From: Planctomycetota bacterium
GTDB taxonomy: Bacteria; Planctomycetota; B15-G4; SIAN01
DNA: 64,000 nucleotides
Reading direction: 5' to 3'
Assembly: GCA_031409275.1 (NCBI GenBank)
Contig: JANNXA010000030.1
Span: 1-64,000, forward strand
The translations under genes and the position numbers were made by a program. Position 1 is the first letter of the stretch. Every line of letters begins with the position of its first letter. Positions 28,607 to 39,600 of the stretch are shown piece after piece. The notes below the pieces were generated by a model. That model was not told the DNA's origin. It searched no databases and was given only the letters and a program-made list of their open reading frames with translations.

Positions 28607-31600
28607 ATGAATCGTCGTTTGGTCGCCGCGGGGGTCGCACTCGCCACCGTCGCACGGATCGCCAGCGCGCAGACCGCCGGCACGCAGAATCGCGACGGTA
28701 CCTACGTCAACTTCGAAGAGGCGCCGATCCACCCGGTCGAGCTGGTGGAGAAGCACGCCGAACTCTGGGTGGCCAACGTCGCCGCCGGCACGGTCAGCAT
28801 CTTCCAAGTCCCGGGTCTCGTGCTGCAGGACGAGCTGCCCGTCGGCCTCGGCCCGGTCACGATCCGCCAGCGTCCCGGCACCGACGAGATGTGGGTCGCC
28901 TGCGCCTCCTCGGGCGCGCTCTTCATCGTCGATCGCGCCACGCGGCAAGTGATCGACAGCTTCATGCCGGGCGCGCCCGTGCAAGGCCTCGAGATCCCGG
29001 CGGAACCGGCCGACCTCGTCTTCAGCAGCGACGGCAACCACGCCTACTGCTCGCTGTCGATGGTCAATCAGCTCGTCGAGATCGACACGGCGTCGCGCAA
29101 GGTGGCACGTCGCTTCGAGTTCGGCACCCCTTTTCCGCAACCGACGGCGCCGCTCGTCCACGCCGAGGAGCCGCGCGCGCTGCTGCTCGACGGCCAGACG
29201 CTCTACGCGCTCGCCTTCGAAAGCGGCAACGGCACGACCGCGCAGGCCAACCTGCTCGGCTCGACGATGGTCGACATGTGGGATCTGCACCTGAACCAGG
29301 GCCTGCCGCCGCCGCCCGATCGCGACCTCCTTCAGTTCGACCTGAGCAGCGGCGCACCCGTCGGTGCCACCACGCTGTGGCGCATGGGCACGCTCGACTT
29401 CGATGTCGTGCGGCTCGCCGACGGCGACTTCGTGGTGTCGAACCTCGACGCCAACAACCTGCTGCACGGCGAGTTCAACTTCCCGATCAGCGGCATCGCA
29501 CGCCATCGCGTGAGCCGCGCCGCTCCCGCAGTCCTCGGCGCCCCCCTGCCGCAGCCCACCGTCCACATCGATCTGAACGACCCGGCGATGCGCGATCCGC
29601 TGTTGCCGACCGCCGTGCGCTTCGCGATCCCCAACGAACTCGAATCCCTCGGTCGCTCCGGGCTGCTGCTGGTCTGCTGCTACGACACCGCCAACAGCGC
29701 CGTGATCGACCTCGCCACCAACACGGTCATCGCCGCGCTCGACGCCAGCGGCTTCGGGCCGCGCGGGCTCGCCGTCGACGCCAATGGCGAGCACGCATGG
29801 GTCTTCAATCGCGCCGACGCCACGCTCGACGAGTTCGATCTGACGGCGCTCGTGAATGGCGCCGTGCTGGCGCCCACGGCCAGCGCTCCGGTCGGCTTCG
29901 ACCCGACGCCCGCCGCCGTGCGCAACGGTCGCCTCGTCCACATCGACGCCACGAACTCGAGCAACGGCGTGCAGAGCTGCAACACCTGCCACGTCGACGG
30001 CCACACCGATCGCATCGCGTGGCTGCTCGGTGACTTCACCGGATCGCTGCCGGACAACCCGGTTGCGCGCGACGACAAGCAGGTGAAGACGACGCAGTCG
30101 CTGCGCGGCATCGAGGAGATCGCGCCCTACCACTGGCGCGGCGATCGGGCCGACCTCGACGCCTTCCAGCCCGCTTTCGAGGGGTTGCTCGGCGGCGCGA
30201 AGCCCTCGGGCACGGCCTTCCGCAACTTCCAGTCGTACGTCTTCTCGCTGACGATGCCGGCCAACCCGCGCCAACTGCCAACGCGGTCGCTGTCGAACAG
30301 CGTCACCGGGCTCGGCGCCCAGCGCGGCAAGCAGGCGTTCGAGCAGCTGCCGATCCTGCGCGTGGCGCATGACACGATCGCGCCCCACTCGGACCGCCGG
30401 CTCACCTGCAGCGAGTGCCATTCGCTGGAGGGCTTCGCCGGAACGCTGAACCAGATCGTGAACGACGTCACCTTCCCGATCTTCGCGGACCATCCGGCCC
30501 ACCTGACCGGCCTGTTCGACAAGACCAGCGACAACGTCGACTACGGCGCGGCCTTCCCGGTCAACCTGAATCAACTGAACCGGCTGCCCGCCACCGGCTT
30601 CGGCCTGGCCAACAACGGCTTCGCCGACGCGCTCGAGAACTTCGTCCCCGAACTCTTCAACGGCCCGCCCACTGCCGAGGCGGGGATCACGCAGTTCCTG
30701 ATCGAGTTCGACTCGGGCACCGCCATCGCCGCGATGTGGAGCTTCACGCTGACGACCGCGAAAGCGGGCGCGCCGGCGACTTCGCCGATCGCGCAGTACC
30801 TGATGCCACAGGCGACCACGGGCAACTGCGACCTCGCCGTCAAGGCGACGGTCCCAGGCGGCGGCGCGAACCGCGTCGGCTTCCTGTTCGACCCGGCCTC
30901 GCAGCGCTTCCTGGCCGATCGCATCGGCGTCGCGCCGCAGACGCTCGCGCAGCTCGATCAGCTGGCGCAGGCCGGTGGTGTGCTCACGTTCCTCGGTGTT
31001 CCGGTCGGCAGCGGCCGGCGGATCGGCATCGACCGCGACAGCGATGACCTTCCCGATGGCGACGAGCTCACCACCTCAACCGTCGATGCGGACAGCGACG
31101 ACGACAGCTTCCGCGACGGCTACGAAGTGCTGCACGGCTCGAATCCCGCCGATCCGCTCAGCCTGCCATCGAACCCCGTCGCTCCGGTCATCACGCAGGC
31201 GACGTTGGCGTTCGAGAGTTCGGTGGTCGTGAAGTTCCGTTGGGAGACGAGCGGCGAAGCCAGCAGCCGCATCACGCTGCGCGATCCGACGACCAACGTC
31301 GCGATCGCGACCTTCATCGACCGCCGTCCTGATCGACGCCACGTGATGGTGGTGCGCGCGCTCGAGCCGGGCAGGAGCTACCTCGCCGAGATCGACGGCG
31401 CCGACGCCAACGGCAACTTCTCCGCGATCACGACCATCGCGTTCACGGCCACCGGCCACTTCTTCGAGTCGGTGCACAATGACGACGTCGTCCTGGCCTC
31501 GACCGGCACCACCGGCGGCAACCAGGAGCTGCTGCAGGCGACGTTCACCGTGAAGGGCGAGAACGGCGTCGCCACCGACGGAGCCACCGTCAGCGGTCGC

Positions 31601-31816
31601 TTCATCGAGTGGGTGGCGGGCCAACCCGCCGTGAGCACGCTGTTCACCACGGCAGCGCCGACGATCGCCGGCGTCACGACGGCGAGCTACACCTCGCTGA
31701 ACCTGCACGGCTCCGGCGCCTTCGTCGAGGTGGTGGTCGACGCCATCACGACCGCAGCCGGCGAGATGCACTTCCACCCGCATGAAGTGACCTTCGCCGA
31801 TCGCGTGCAGTTGTGA
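28607..31816 (+). CDS. Secreted YVTN/YncE beta-propeller fused to a di-heme cytochrome c (peroxidase-like) domain, Ca-binding repeats and Fn3-like tail
   Basis: Signal peptide; VGLGPV and GFGPRGLA blades; CNTCH and CSECH; TQSLRG..PYHWRGDR; DRDSDDLPDGDE and DADSDDDSFRDG. Confidence 0.85.
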   Translation: MNRRLVAAGVALATVARIASAQTAGTQNRDGTYVNFEEAPIHPVELVEKHAELWVANVAAGTVSIFQVPGLVLQDELPVGLGPVTIRQRPGTDEMWVACASSGALFIVDRATRQVIDSFMPGAPVQGLEIPAEPADLVFSSDGNHAYCSLSMVNQLVEIDTASRKVARRFEFGTPFPQPTAPLVHAEEPRALLLDGQTLYALAFESGNGTTAQANLLGSTMVDMWDLHLNQGLPPPPDRDLLQFDLSSGAPVGATTLWRMGTLDFDVVRLADGDFVVSNLDANNLLHGEFNFPISGIARHRVSRAAPAVLGAPLPQPTVHIDLNDPAMRDPLLPTAVRFAIPNELESLGRSGLLLVCCYDTANSAVIDLATNTVIAALDASGFGPRGLAVDANGEHAWVFNRADATLDEFDLTALVNGAVLAPTASAPVGFDPTPAAVRNGRLVHIDATNSSNGVQSCNTCHVDGHTDRIAWLLGDFTGSLPDNPVARDDKQVKTTQSLRGIEEIAPYHWRGDRADLDAFQPAFEGLLGGAKPSGTAFRNFQSYVFSLTMPANPRQLPTRSLSNSVTGLGAQRGKQAFEQLPILRVAHDTIAPHSDRRLTCSECHSLEGFAGTLNQIVNDVTFPIFADHPAHLTGLFDKTSDNVDYGAAFPVNLNQLNRLPATGFGLANNGFADALENFVPELFNGPPTAEAGITQFLIEFDSGTAIAAMWSFTLTTAKAGAPATSPIAQYLMPQATTGNCDLAVKATVPGGGANRVGFLFDPASQRFLADRIGVAPQTLAQLDQLAQAGGVLTFLGVPVGSGRRIGIDRDSDDLPDGDELTTSTVDADSDDDSFRDGYEVLHGSNPADPLSLPSNPVAPVITQATLAFESSVVVKFRWETSGEASSRITLRDPTTNVAIATFIDRRPDRRHVMVVRALEPGRSYLAEIDGADANGNFSAITTIAFTATGHFFESVHNDDVVLASTGTTGGNQELLQATFTVKGENGVATDGATVSGRFIEWVAGQPAVSTLFTTAAPTIAGVTTASYTSLNLHGSGAFVEVVVDAITTAAGEMHFHPHEVTFADRVQL

Positions 31817-31834
31817 CCGTCGCCTGAGCGTCTG

Positions 31835-31874
31835 GCCGCCGCGAAGCGCCACCCCCCGGGCGCTTCGCGGCGGC
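31835..31874 (+). terminator. 16-bp GC-rich hairpin (terminator or mRNA stabiliser)
   Basis: GCCGCCGCGAAGCGCC-N8-GGCGCTTCGCGGCGGC, 18 bp after the stop; no U tract. Confidence 0.55.
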
Positions 31875-31929
31875 GGCGCCGTTCACGGGCGGGCTAAGCT
31901 CGCGCGCCTCATTCGAAGAGGCGACCACG

Positions 31930-33135
31930 ATGATCCGCGAGACCCTGACGATCGAAGGCGCGCTGCTGAACGGCGAGCGCCTCGCGCAACTGCTCGGCAC
32001 GGTGGCCAACGCCGGCGCGCAGGGCACCGTCGAGGAGCTGCGCGGCGACGCGACGACCGCGCGCGCGCGTCTGGCCATCGAAGCCAGCGAACCGACGCTG
32101 GTTGATGCGGCGATGCTCGCGTTGCAGCGACTCGGCGTGGCGCTCCCACGCAGCGCGCTCACCGATGCACGCACCGCCCCCGCGGAGCGCGACGGCATCC
32201 TGCCCGATGAGTTCTACGCCACGTCGAACTTCGACACCTTCGTGCGGCTGGCCGGCCGCTGGCACGCCGCGCGCGCCCAGAAGATGGACTGCGCGCTGGT
32301 GGTGCGCGATGGCGTCCCGACCTGCGTCAAGCAGCGGCTGGTGAAACGGGGCGAAGCCGTGGTGCTGCTCGGCGCCGGCATCCGCGTCAGCGCTCCTGAC
32401 TTGAAGGCGGCCGCGACGGCGTTCGGCTTCATGAGCAACGACGTCTCCTCCGAGGTGAACAAGGCGGCGATCGTGGCGCGGGTCGCCGCGCAGATGCGCG
32501 AGGCGCGGTCCGCCGGCGAGAAGATCGTCGTCGTCGCCGGACCGGCGATCGTCCACTCGGGCGGCGATCTCGCATTCGCGCGCCTGGTTCGCGCGGGCTG
32601 GATCGACGTGCTGCTGGCCGGCAACGCCTTCGCTGCCCACGATCTCGAAAAGGCGCTGTTGGGCACGAGCCTCGGCATCTGCGCGATGAGCGGCAAGGCG
32701 CGCGACGGCGGCAGCCGCCACCACCTGTGGGCGATCAACGCGGTGAACCGCGCCGGCGGCATCACGCCGGCCGTCACGTCAGGACTCGTGAAGTCTGGCG
32801 TGATGGCGGAGTGCGTGAAGAAGGGGACGCGCTTCGTGCTGGCCGGCTCGATCCGCGATGACGGGCCGTTGCAGGACGTGATCCCCGACATCCGCGACGC
32901 GCAGGTCGCCTACCTCGATGCGCTGCAGGGCTGCGGCATGTGCCTCATGCTGGCCACCGGGCTCCACTCGATCGCGGTTGGCAACCTGCTTCCCGCGCGG
33001 GTTCGCACCGTCTGCGTCGACATGACCGAAGCGCTGCCCACCAAGCTCAGCAACCGCGGCACGCTGCAGGCGATCGGCGTCGTCACCGACGTCGGCTACT
33101 TCCTCGAGCGGCTCGCGAGCGAACTCGGCGCCTGA
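31930..33135 (+). CDS. TIGR00300-family (LOR/SDH-domain) ornithine cyclodeaminase-like protein
   Basis: FYATSN, FGFMSNDVSSE, GPAIVHSG, GNAFAAHDLE, AGSIRDDGPL, HSIAVGN, KLSNRG. Confidence 0.9.
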   Translation: MIRETLTIEGALLNGERLAQLLGTVANAGAQGTVEELRGDATTARARLAIEASEPTLVDAAMLALQRLGVALPRSALTDARTAPAERDGILPDEFYATSNFDTFVRLAGRWHAARAQKMDCALVVRDGVPTCVKQRLVKRGEAVVLLGAGIRVSAPDLKAAATAFGFMSNDVSSEVNKAAIVARVAAQMREARSAGEKIVVVAGPAIVHSGGDLAFARLVRAGWIDVLLAGNAFAAHDLEKALLGTSLGICAMSGKARDGGSRHHLWAINAVNRAGGITPAVTSGLVKSGVMAECVKKGTRFVLAGSIRDDGPLQDVIPDIRDAQVAYLDALQGCGMCLMLATGLHSIAVGNLLPARVRTVCVDMTEALPTKLSNRGTLQAIGVVTDVGYFLERLASELGA

Positions 33136-33145
33136 TCGCCGCCGC

Positions 33146-36100
33146 CTATTGCCCGTCGTCGACTTCCGGCGCGCCGCCGTCGCTCTTGGGTCGCTCGACC
33201 GGCGGCAGTTCGCGCGGCGGGCGGCCATGGTCGCGAAACACCGTGACCCAGCGCTTGAAGTTCTCGTCGCCGAGGACGAAGAGGCCGCTCGGCATCTCCG
33301 ACTGCGCGCGCACGATGCCCGCGGAATCGATGAAGAAGAGCCAGCGCCGGCTGTTGGGAGCCTCGTCGCGACCGGGCTGGAACGGCTGCTCATGGAAGCG
33401 CAGTTCGACGCGATCGCCGAGGAGGCGCGTGATGAACTCGGCCAGGAACTTGCGCCCGCCGGCGTCGACCGCCGACGGCAATGCCACCACCAGATGCTGC
33501 GTCGGCTCGAGCCGTTCGACCAACGTGGCGAGTTCACGCAGATCCCACTGCAGCATCTGCGTGAAACCGGCGCGCGCCGCATCGTCGGCCAGCGGTTCGG
33601 CGGGCGGCGCCAACCACATCAACAGCGTCCCTTGGCTGCGCTTCTCGAGGCCGGCGCAGGTGCGGTTCAGCGTGCCCCACGGCGGCAGCGAGCGCGCGGT
33701 CGCCAGGTCGAACAGCATCGGCTCGAAGCTCGCGGCAGGCGCCAGTCGGCTGCGTTCGAGCCGCGTCACGCGCGCGTCTTCGACCTCGACCGCCCCCATG
33801 CTGGTCGCGAATCCGATCTGCCCTTCGATCGCGGCGCCGTCGACGGCGTGGTAGCGGCCGACGCGACGACCGTTGATCGAGACCTCGACCAGCGCGCCGT
33901 CGACCAGCAGCGTCAGCAGGAAACTCGACTGGCGCGATTCGAAGCCGAAGCCCCCTCCCGTCGTCGATCCCGGCAACCCGCCGTCGCGATCGCGCAACCC
34001 GGTGATCGACCAGCCCATGTCGTTGAACTCGGGCTCCTTCTGGCTCCTGCCGATGGCGTACATGAAGTCGCCGGCGCTGAACGAGAAGCGCAGGTTCTCC
34101 TCGCGATCGGCGTAGCCGAAGATGACCGCGCCATTCACGAACGAGGTGGTGAAGCGGATGCGCGCGTCGAGGCGCCACGTTCCCGGCAGCACCCATTCGG
34201 GCGCGAGCGCGAAGCAATGGAGCTGCGCGGCGCCGCGATCGACGGTGCCGGTGGCGTCGCGCGGCTTGTCGCGGCCGACGTGCAGGTCGCCATCTTCGTC
34301 GACGTACCAGCGTCCCTTCGCGCGGCGCTCCTCGTAGTCGGTGAGGCCGAGTTCGATGAAACCGGCTGCGCCGAGCGGCCGCGCCGGCGGATCGAAGCCG
34401 GCGAGCGCCTTGCTGGTGTCGACCGGCGCGATCGTCTCCGCCGCCGCGAGGCCGAACCAGCTGCCGACGCGATCACGATCGGCCCGAAACGCCGCCGACG
34501 TGAGCGGTCGGCTGGCGGCCAGCGCGGTGATCGCGGCGGACTGCAGCGCGTCGGCGAGGGCGCGCACTTTGCCGAGCGAGCTCGCGAATGGCGGTGCGCC
34601 GACGCGCGCACCGGCCGGGAACTCGAGCGTCTGCTTCAGCACCCACGCGGCGTCGCGGCGCGACTCGCTCTCCAGCGCGCCGGCCAGCAGCGCCTCGTCA
34701 GTCGGCCGTCGTCCATCGACCGCCAGCGCGAAGAGGAACGCGGCGATCGCATCCTGCTTCTTGCCTGCGGCTAGCAACAGCCGACCCGCCAGCGCCGCCT
34801 GCTCCTGCCCGAAACGCGGCTCGGCGCGGTGGCGCGACCAGACCCACGTCGGCTCGTCCATGATCGGCAACGAGGCGATGCCGCCGACCTCCTCGGTGTA
34901 CTCACCGACCCATGGCTTGCGATCCTGCCAGTAGAAACCGGCGAGCCACGGCGCCCACGCCGCCACGAACTCGGCGAAATCCTTGGGCCGCCCTTCGCGA
35001 CCATCGCAGAAGCACTGGGCGAAGTGCTCCTTCCACTTCTTCACGGTGCGCGCTTCCTTCATGAACTTCTCGAGGCGCGCCTTGAAGAGCGGTTGGCCGT
35101 CGGCGCCCTTGCGCGTGTTCAGGTAGACGTAGAGCGCGAAGCCGGCGACGTAGTTGTCGCGATAGTCGTCGATCGTCCCTTCGATCAGCTTGGTCAGGCT
35201 GTTGCCATCGCCGTAGCCCTTGATGAAGGCGGCTTCGATGGTGCCGATCGACGCGTAGTTGGCGACGAAGCGCTCCGACGCCGAGCTGCCGAATGCACCT
35301 CCCGTCCACACCGCGCGCCCTTCCAGCAGCCAGGCCGGCATGCCGGGGTAGATCGCGCCATCGAAGCGATGGGTGAGTTCGTGCGTGAGGCCGTGGCCGA
35401 ACGACTCGATGTCGCTGCAGCTGAAGCGCAGCGTCGTGACGTCCCCGCTCTGGAAACCGCCGGCCCACCAGAACGGCGCGTTCTCCGACTCGAGCCCCGC
35501 CGCTTCCGGCACGACGCGACACAGGCCGGGCCGACCGATGAACGGGTCCTGTCCGTACCACCCGACCAATCGCTGATGGTGCAGCTCGATCGTCTCCGCG
35601 ACGCCGAGCAGCGTGTTGAAGCCGCAGTCCGTCTCGATGCGGTACCACCCTTGCGGACTGACCGCGACGCCGGGATTGGCGAAGCTGTCGTGCGCGCGCG
35701 TGAACGCCTCGGCCTGATCACCATCGAGCTGCAGCAGCTCGTCGATCGTCCACGGCTTGTCGCTCTTGCCGGTGAGTTGCGTGCGCGCCTTGGCGAGGAT
35801 CGCGTTCGCGCGTTCGCGCAGGTCGCCGATGCCGGACGGCCGCTCGCCCTGCAGGTCCTTGCCGAACGCGAGCTGCGTCCCGAGCCCGGCCAGGATGCGT
35901 CCCGCCTTGATCGCGTCGGCCGTGCGGCCGTTGCCGAGCGCGCTGGCCGCGAAGGCGTCGAGCGACTTCACGACCTTCGCCGGAAGCGCTCCTGGCAGCG
36001 GCAGCCGCGCGCTGAACTCGCCGGCGCGGCCCGCTCGCAGCTCTGGCGACTCGCGCACGAGGTCGAGCGCGAAGCGGCGCGCCCACCACGCCACCAGCAG

Positions 36101-36598
36101 CGAGTCGACCTTGCTCGCCGCCTCACGCTCCTTCGCGCTGGCGAGCTTGAGCAGCTCGTCGACTGCTGCCGCGCGCGCCGTCGCCAGCGCCAACGGCCGC
36201 GCCTCGTCCGCCGGCACCCGCTTGCGCGCGTCGCCATCGAGCGCGAGACGGCCATCGGGCGCCACCGCGGCGGTGGCGAGTCCATGCAGCGCGAGCTCGC
36301 GCGCATCGAGATCCTCCGCGCACGCCTCGACCAACAGCGACCAGAGCTCCGGCGAATCGGGCGCGAAATCGAGCGCCCGATGGAAGTGGCCGGCCGCTTC
36401 GACGCGCTGCCCCGCCGCCAACGCCTTCTTGCCTGCCGCGAGGGGCGCGGCGACGTCGTCATGGCGAGTCGGAGCGGGTGGCGCCGGCGGCGGCGGCAGC
36501 TGCCGCGCGAAACCGGTCGCGGCCGCAAGGAACAAGAGTGCTGCGATCACCGATCCAACCTCGCTGATGGAGAAGTGGCGGGCGGGCGGCACGATCAT
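33146..36598 (-). CDS. Large secreted multidomain protein with gluzincin HExxH motif
   Basis: HELTH...WLLEG; N-terminal TPR-like helices; beta-sandwich and thioredoxin-like C-terminal parts. Start uncertain (36598 or 36550). Confidence 0.75.
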   Translation of the reverse strand: MIVPPARHFSISEVGSVIAALLFLAAATGFARQLPPPPAPPAPTRHDDVAAPLAAGKKALAAGQRVEAAGHFHRALDFAPDSPELWSLLVEACAEDLDARELALHGLATAAVAPDGRLALDGDARKRVPADEARPLALATARAAAVDELLKLASAKEREAASKVDSLLVAWWARRFALDLVRESPELRAGRAGEFSARLPLPGALPAKVVKSLDAFAASALGNGRTADAIKAGRILAGLGTQLAFGKDLQGERPSGIGDLRERANAILAKARTQLTGKSDKPWTIDELLQLDGDQAEAFTRAHDSFANPGVAVSPQGWYRIETDCGFNTLLGVAETIELHHQRLVGWYGQDPFIGRPGLCRVVPEAAGLESENAPFWWAGGFQSGDVTTLRFSCSDIESFGHGLTHELTHRFDGAIYPGMPAWLLEGRAVWTGGAFGSSASERFVANYASIGTIEAAFIKGYGDGNSLTKLIEGTIDDYRDNYVAGFALYVYLNTRKGADGQPLFKARLEKFMKEARTVKKWKEHFAQCFCDGREGRPKDFAEFVAAWAPWLAGFYWQDRKPWVGEYTEEVGGIASLPIMDEPTWVWSRHRAEPRFGQEQAALAGRLLLAAGKKQDAIAAFLFALAVDGRRPTDEALLAGALESESRRDAAWVLKQTLEFPAGARVGAPPFASSLGKVRALADALQSAAITALAASRPLTSAAFRADRDRVGSWFGLAAAETIAPVDTSKALAGFDPPARPLGAAGFIELGLTDYEERRAKGRWYVDEDGDLHVGRDKPRDATGTVDRGAAQLHCFALAPEWVLPGTWRLDARIRFTTSFVNGAVIFGYADREENLRFSFSAGDFMYAIGRSQKEPEFNDMGWSITGLRDRDGGLPGSTTGGGFGFESRQSSFLLTLLVDGALVEVSINGRRVGRYHAVDGAAIEGQIGFATSMGAVEVEDARVTRLERSRLAPAASFEPMLFDLATARSLPPWGTLNRTCAGLEKRSQGTLLMWLAPPAEPLADDAARAGFTQMLQWDLRELATLVERLEPTQHLVVALPSAVDAGGRKFLAEFITRLLGDRVELRFHEQPFQPGRDEAPNSRRWLFFIDSAGIVRAQSEMPSGLFVLGDENFKRWVTVFRDHGRPPRELPPVERPKSDGGAPEVDDGQ

Positions 36599-36650
36599 GC
36601 CGAGCGCGCCCCATCCCGGGGTCGCGGGAGTCGCGCGTCGAGGAGTGAGG

Positions 36651-39600
36651 ATGGTCGTGCAAGGCGGACGCGACGTCGTGGCGAGGTTGCTGCTGACACT
36701 CCTCGCGACGGCATCGATCAGGTTTCCCGAAGAGAGCGACCAAGCGGGCGCGCTCCGGCTCGCGCCACCCCTGCGCCGCGTCCTCTTCCTCGCCGGCGCC
36801 GACGACTCCCATCCGCCTGGCACGCACGAGTACGCGGCGGCGGCGATCGTCCTGGCCGACGCGCTCGCGCGCAGCGACGTCGGATCGCAGGTCGAGTGCG
36901 AGGTGCACCACGGTGGTTGGCCGGCCGACGAGGCGGCGATCGCGCGCGCCGACGCGATCGTGCTGATTGCGGCGGGCGCCGACCAGCGGCGCGAAGACCA
37001 CCCGTTCCTGCTGGGCGAGCGGATGGCGGTGGTCGAGCGCGCGATGGCGCGCGGCTGCGGCCTCGTCGTGATCCACTGGGGGCTCTTCGTGCCGGGCGAC
37101 GACCCGACGCTCGAGCCGGAGATTCTCGACGCCTCGCCGGCCGGGCGCTTCCTCTCGTGGATCGGCGGCTTCTTCGATTACGAGCGCGGTCCTCCGCCCA
37201 ACGGCTGGAAGTCGCGGATCGTCAACCGCAGCCATGCCGTCGTCGCGGTCGACGTCGACTTCCCCGAACCACGCCATCCAGTGCTGAACGGCTTCGACTA
37301 CACCCTGCTGATCGACGACGAGTTCTACGACCACCTCTCGTTCCCGCTCCCCGAGCGGCGCAAGGCGCTGCACTTCACTCCGCTACTGGCGCGGCGCGAT
37401 TCGACAGGTGGCAACGGCAGCGCCTACGATCCCAATCCTTCGACGCTCGGCGACTTGATCGCCTTCGCCGTCGAGCGCCCCGACGGCGGTCGCGGCGTCG
37501 GCTTCAGCGGCGGCCACTCGCTGGAGAACTACCAGCCCGGCCGCTTTCAGCCCTTCCTGCTCAACGCGATCGCGTGGACGGCGCGGCTCGTGATTCCACC
37601 GAAGGGGATCGCGCCGCCGCGCGACGTCCCGATCCGTGTGAAGATCCTCACCGGCCACGACCATCCCGCGCACGACTGGCGCGGCGTCGCCGCGACGATG
37701 CACGAGCTGCTGGAACGCGACCCGCGTTTCGAAGTGACCCTCGCGACGTCGATCGCCTCCTCGCAGATCCAGATTCGCAACGCGGACGACTCGCCCTACG
37801 TCGACGCCGTCGTGCTGGCCTGCAACCACTGGGATCAGCCGGCCGAGTCGATGGGCTTCACCCCGTTCTGGCAGCGGGCGCTGCTCGACTACGTGAGCGA
37901 TGGCGGCGGCCTGGTGCTGCCGCACTTCGCCGGCAGCGCGTTCCAAGCGGCGCTGCCCGCCGGCCCCGCCTCCGATTGGCCCGCGTTCCGCGAACTCCTC
38001 TCCGCCCGCTGGTGGCGCTACGACGCGCCGGCGAGCGGCCATCCTGCAAGCGGCCACGACGACTTCGGACCGTTCCGCGTTGAGCTCACCGCCGAACGCC
38101 ATCCGATCACCGCCGGCGCGACCGCGTGGCTCGCGCAGGACGAGCTCTACCACTCGCAGGCGGGCACGCTGTCGATCGCTCCGCTGATCACCGCGAAGTC
38201 GAAGCAGAGCGGTCGCTACGAACCGCTCGCATGGGCGCGCGAAGTCGGGCGCGGCCGCGTCTTCCAATCACTGCTCGGCCACGCGCCCGAGTCGTACCGC
38301 TCGACCGGCTCGGCGCGCCTCTTCGTGCGCGGCGTCACGTGGGCGGCCGGCGTGCCGCTGCTCGAGCTACCGGGGCTCGAGATGCGCCGCGAAGCGGACG
38401 CGGGAGAGTCGAAGGTGCGCAGCGGCGCGGGGCGCGACGGCGCGGCGCTCGACGCCCGGCTCGGCCACGTCGAGACGTTGGGCTCCGACGAGTTCGCCGC
38501 GCGACCGGGCCGCTCATTCACGGTCGAGTGTGCCGCGCGCCTCTTCTCCACGACGAACTACAACGTGCTGGTGACCCATCAGCCGCACGCTTCGGCGGGC
38601 CACTTCGACCTCGACTCGCGCATCGGCGACGGCGTGTTCAAGGCCTACCTCCCCGGCTGGGAACCGAGCGAGCTCCCGTCGCCGCGCGCGATCGTCGACG
38701 GCGAGTGGCATCGCATCGCCATGCAGTTCGACGCGACGGCGAGCGGCCGCTTCGACTCGCCGCCGATCGCGACGGTCGTCCTCTTCGTCGACGGTGCCGA
38801 GGTGCTGCGCGCGACCACGCGCTGGCGCGGGCGGAGCGACTTCGTTGCCGGTCCGCTGGTGGTGGGCGCCTCGTACGAGGGAACGACGCCGCGCTGCGGC
38901 AGCGATGCGCTGCTGGACGAGATCGCGGTGCGCCGCGGGCTCGTGGCGCCAACGCCACGTGAACAGGTGCCGACGCGCGACGCGGCCACGCTCCTCCTCG
39001 AGACGTTCGACGAGCCGGTGCCGGTCGCCAGCGCGTCCCCCGCCGTGAAGGCGGCCGACCTCCCTTGGACGCCGCCGCCGGCGAGCGGGCCCGACGCGCC
39101 ACCGTGGGAGAAGGAGAGCGACGCCGATTGGCGCGACGACCGCTTCGCCGCAATGGAGTACGGCCGCTTCCTGGCATCGACCGTCCGCACGCCGCCGAGC
39201 ACCGGGCGCGAGCGCGTGGCGAAGGGGCTCACCGTGAAGCTCGGCTCCGCCAACGAGGTGTCGTGGCTGTTCGACACGGAGCGTTGCGAGTTCGTCGCTG
39301 CGTGGGACGGCGCACTCCAGTTCGAGCCCGCGCGCTTCGGCTTGCTGTCGGCGCCGACGATTCCGGTGGCGCCGCTGCTCTTCGCTGCTGCGGGCTACGA
39401 CACGGCGCGCGCCGCGGCCGACCGTCCCGTCGCCGCGCCGCGCTACCGCGGCCGCCATCGCCACGGCGAGCGAGTCGTCTTGGAGTACGAGCTCGCCGGC
39501 GCGCAGCTCCTCGAATCACCAAGCGTCGTGCTGCCGAGCGAGAGCGGCCTTGCGCGTCCGTTGCTGGTGCGCGAGCTCGAAGTGGGGCCGAACGCCGAGC

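Noticed and set aside
28607..31816. Hydrazine synthase / anammox marker
   Set aside because: Only the architecture is similar; there is no hzsA-like or hao-like gene in the window.
38031..38057. PASGH-PASGH duplication in the ThuA protein
   Set aside because: A short in-frame slippage with no evident consequence.
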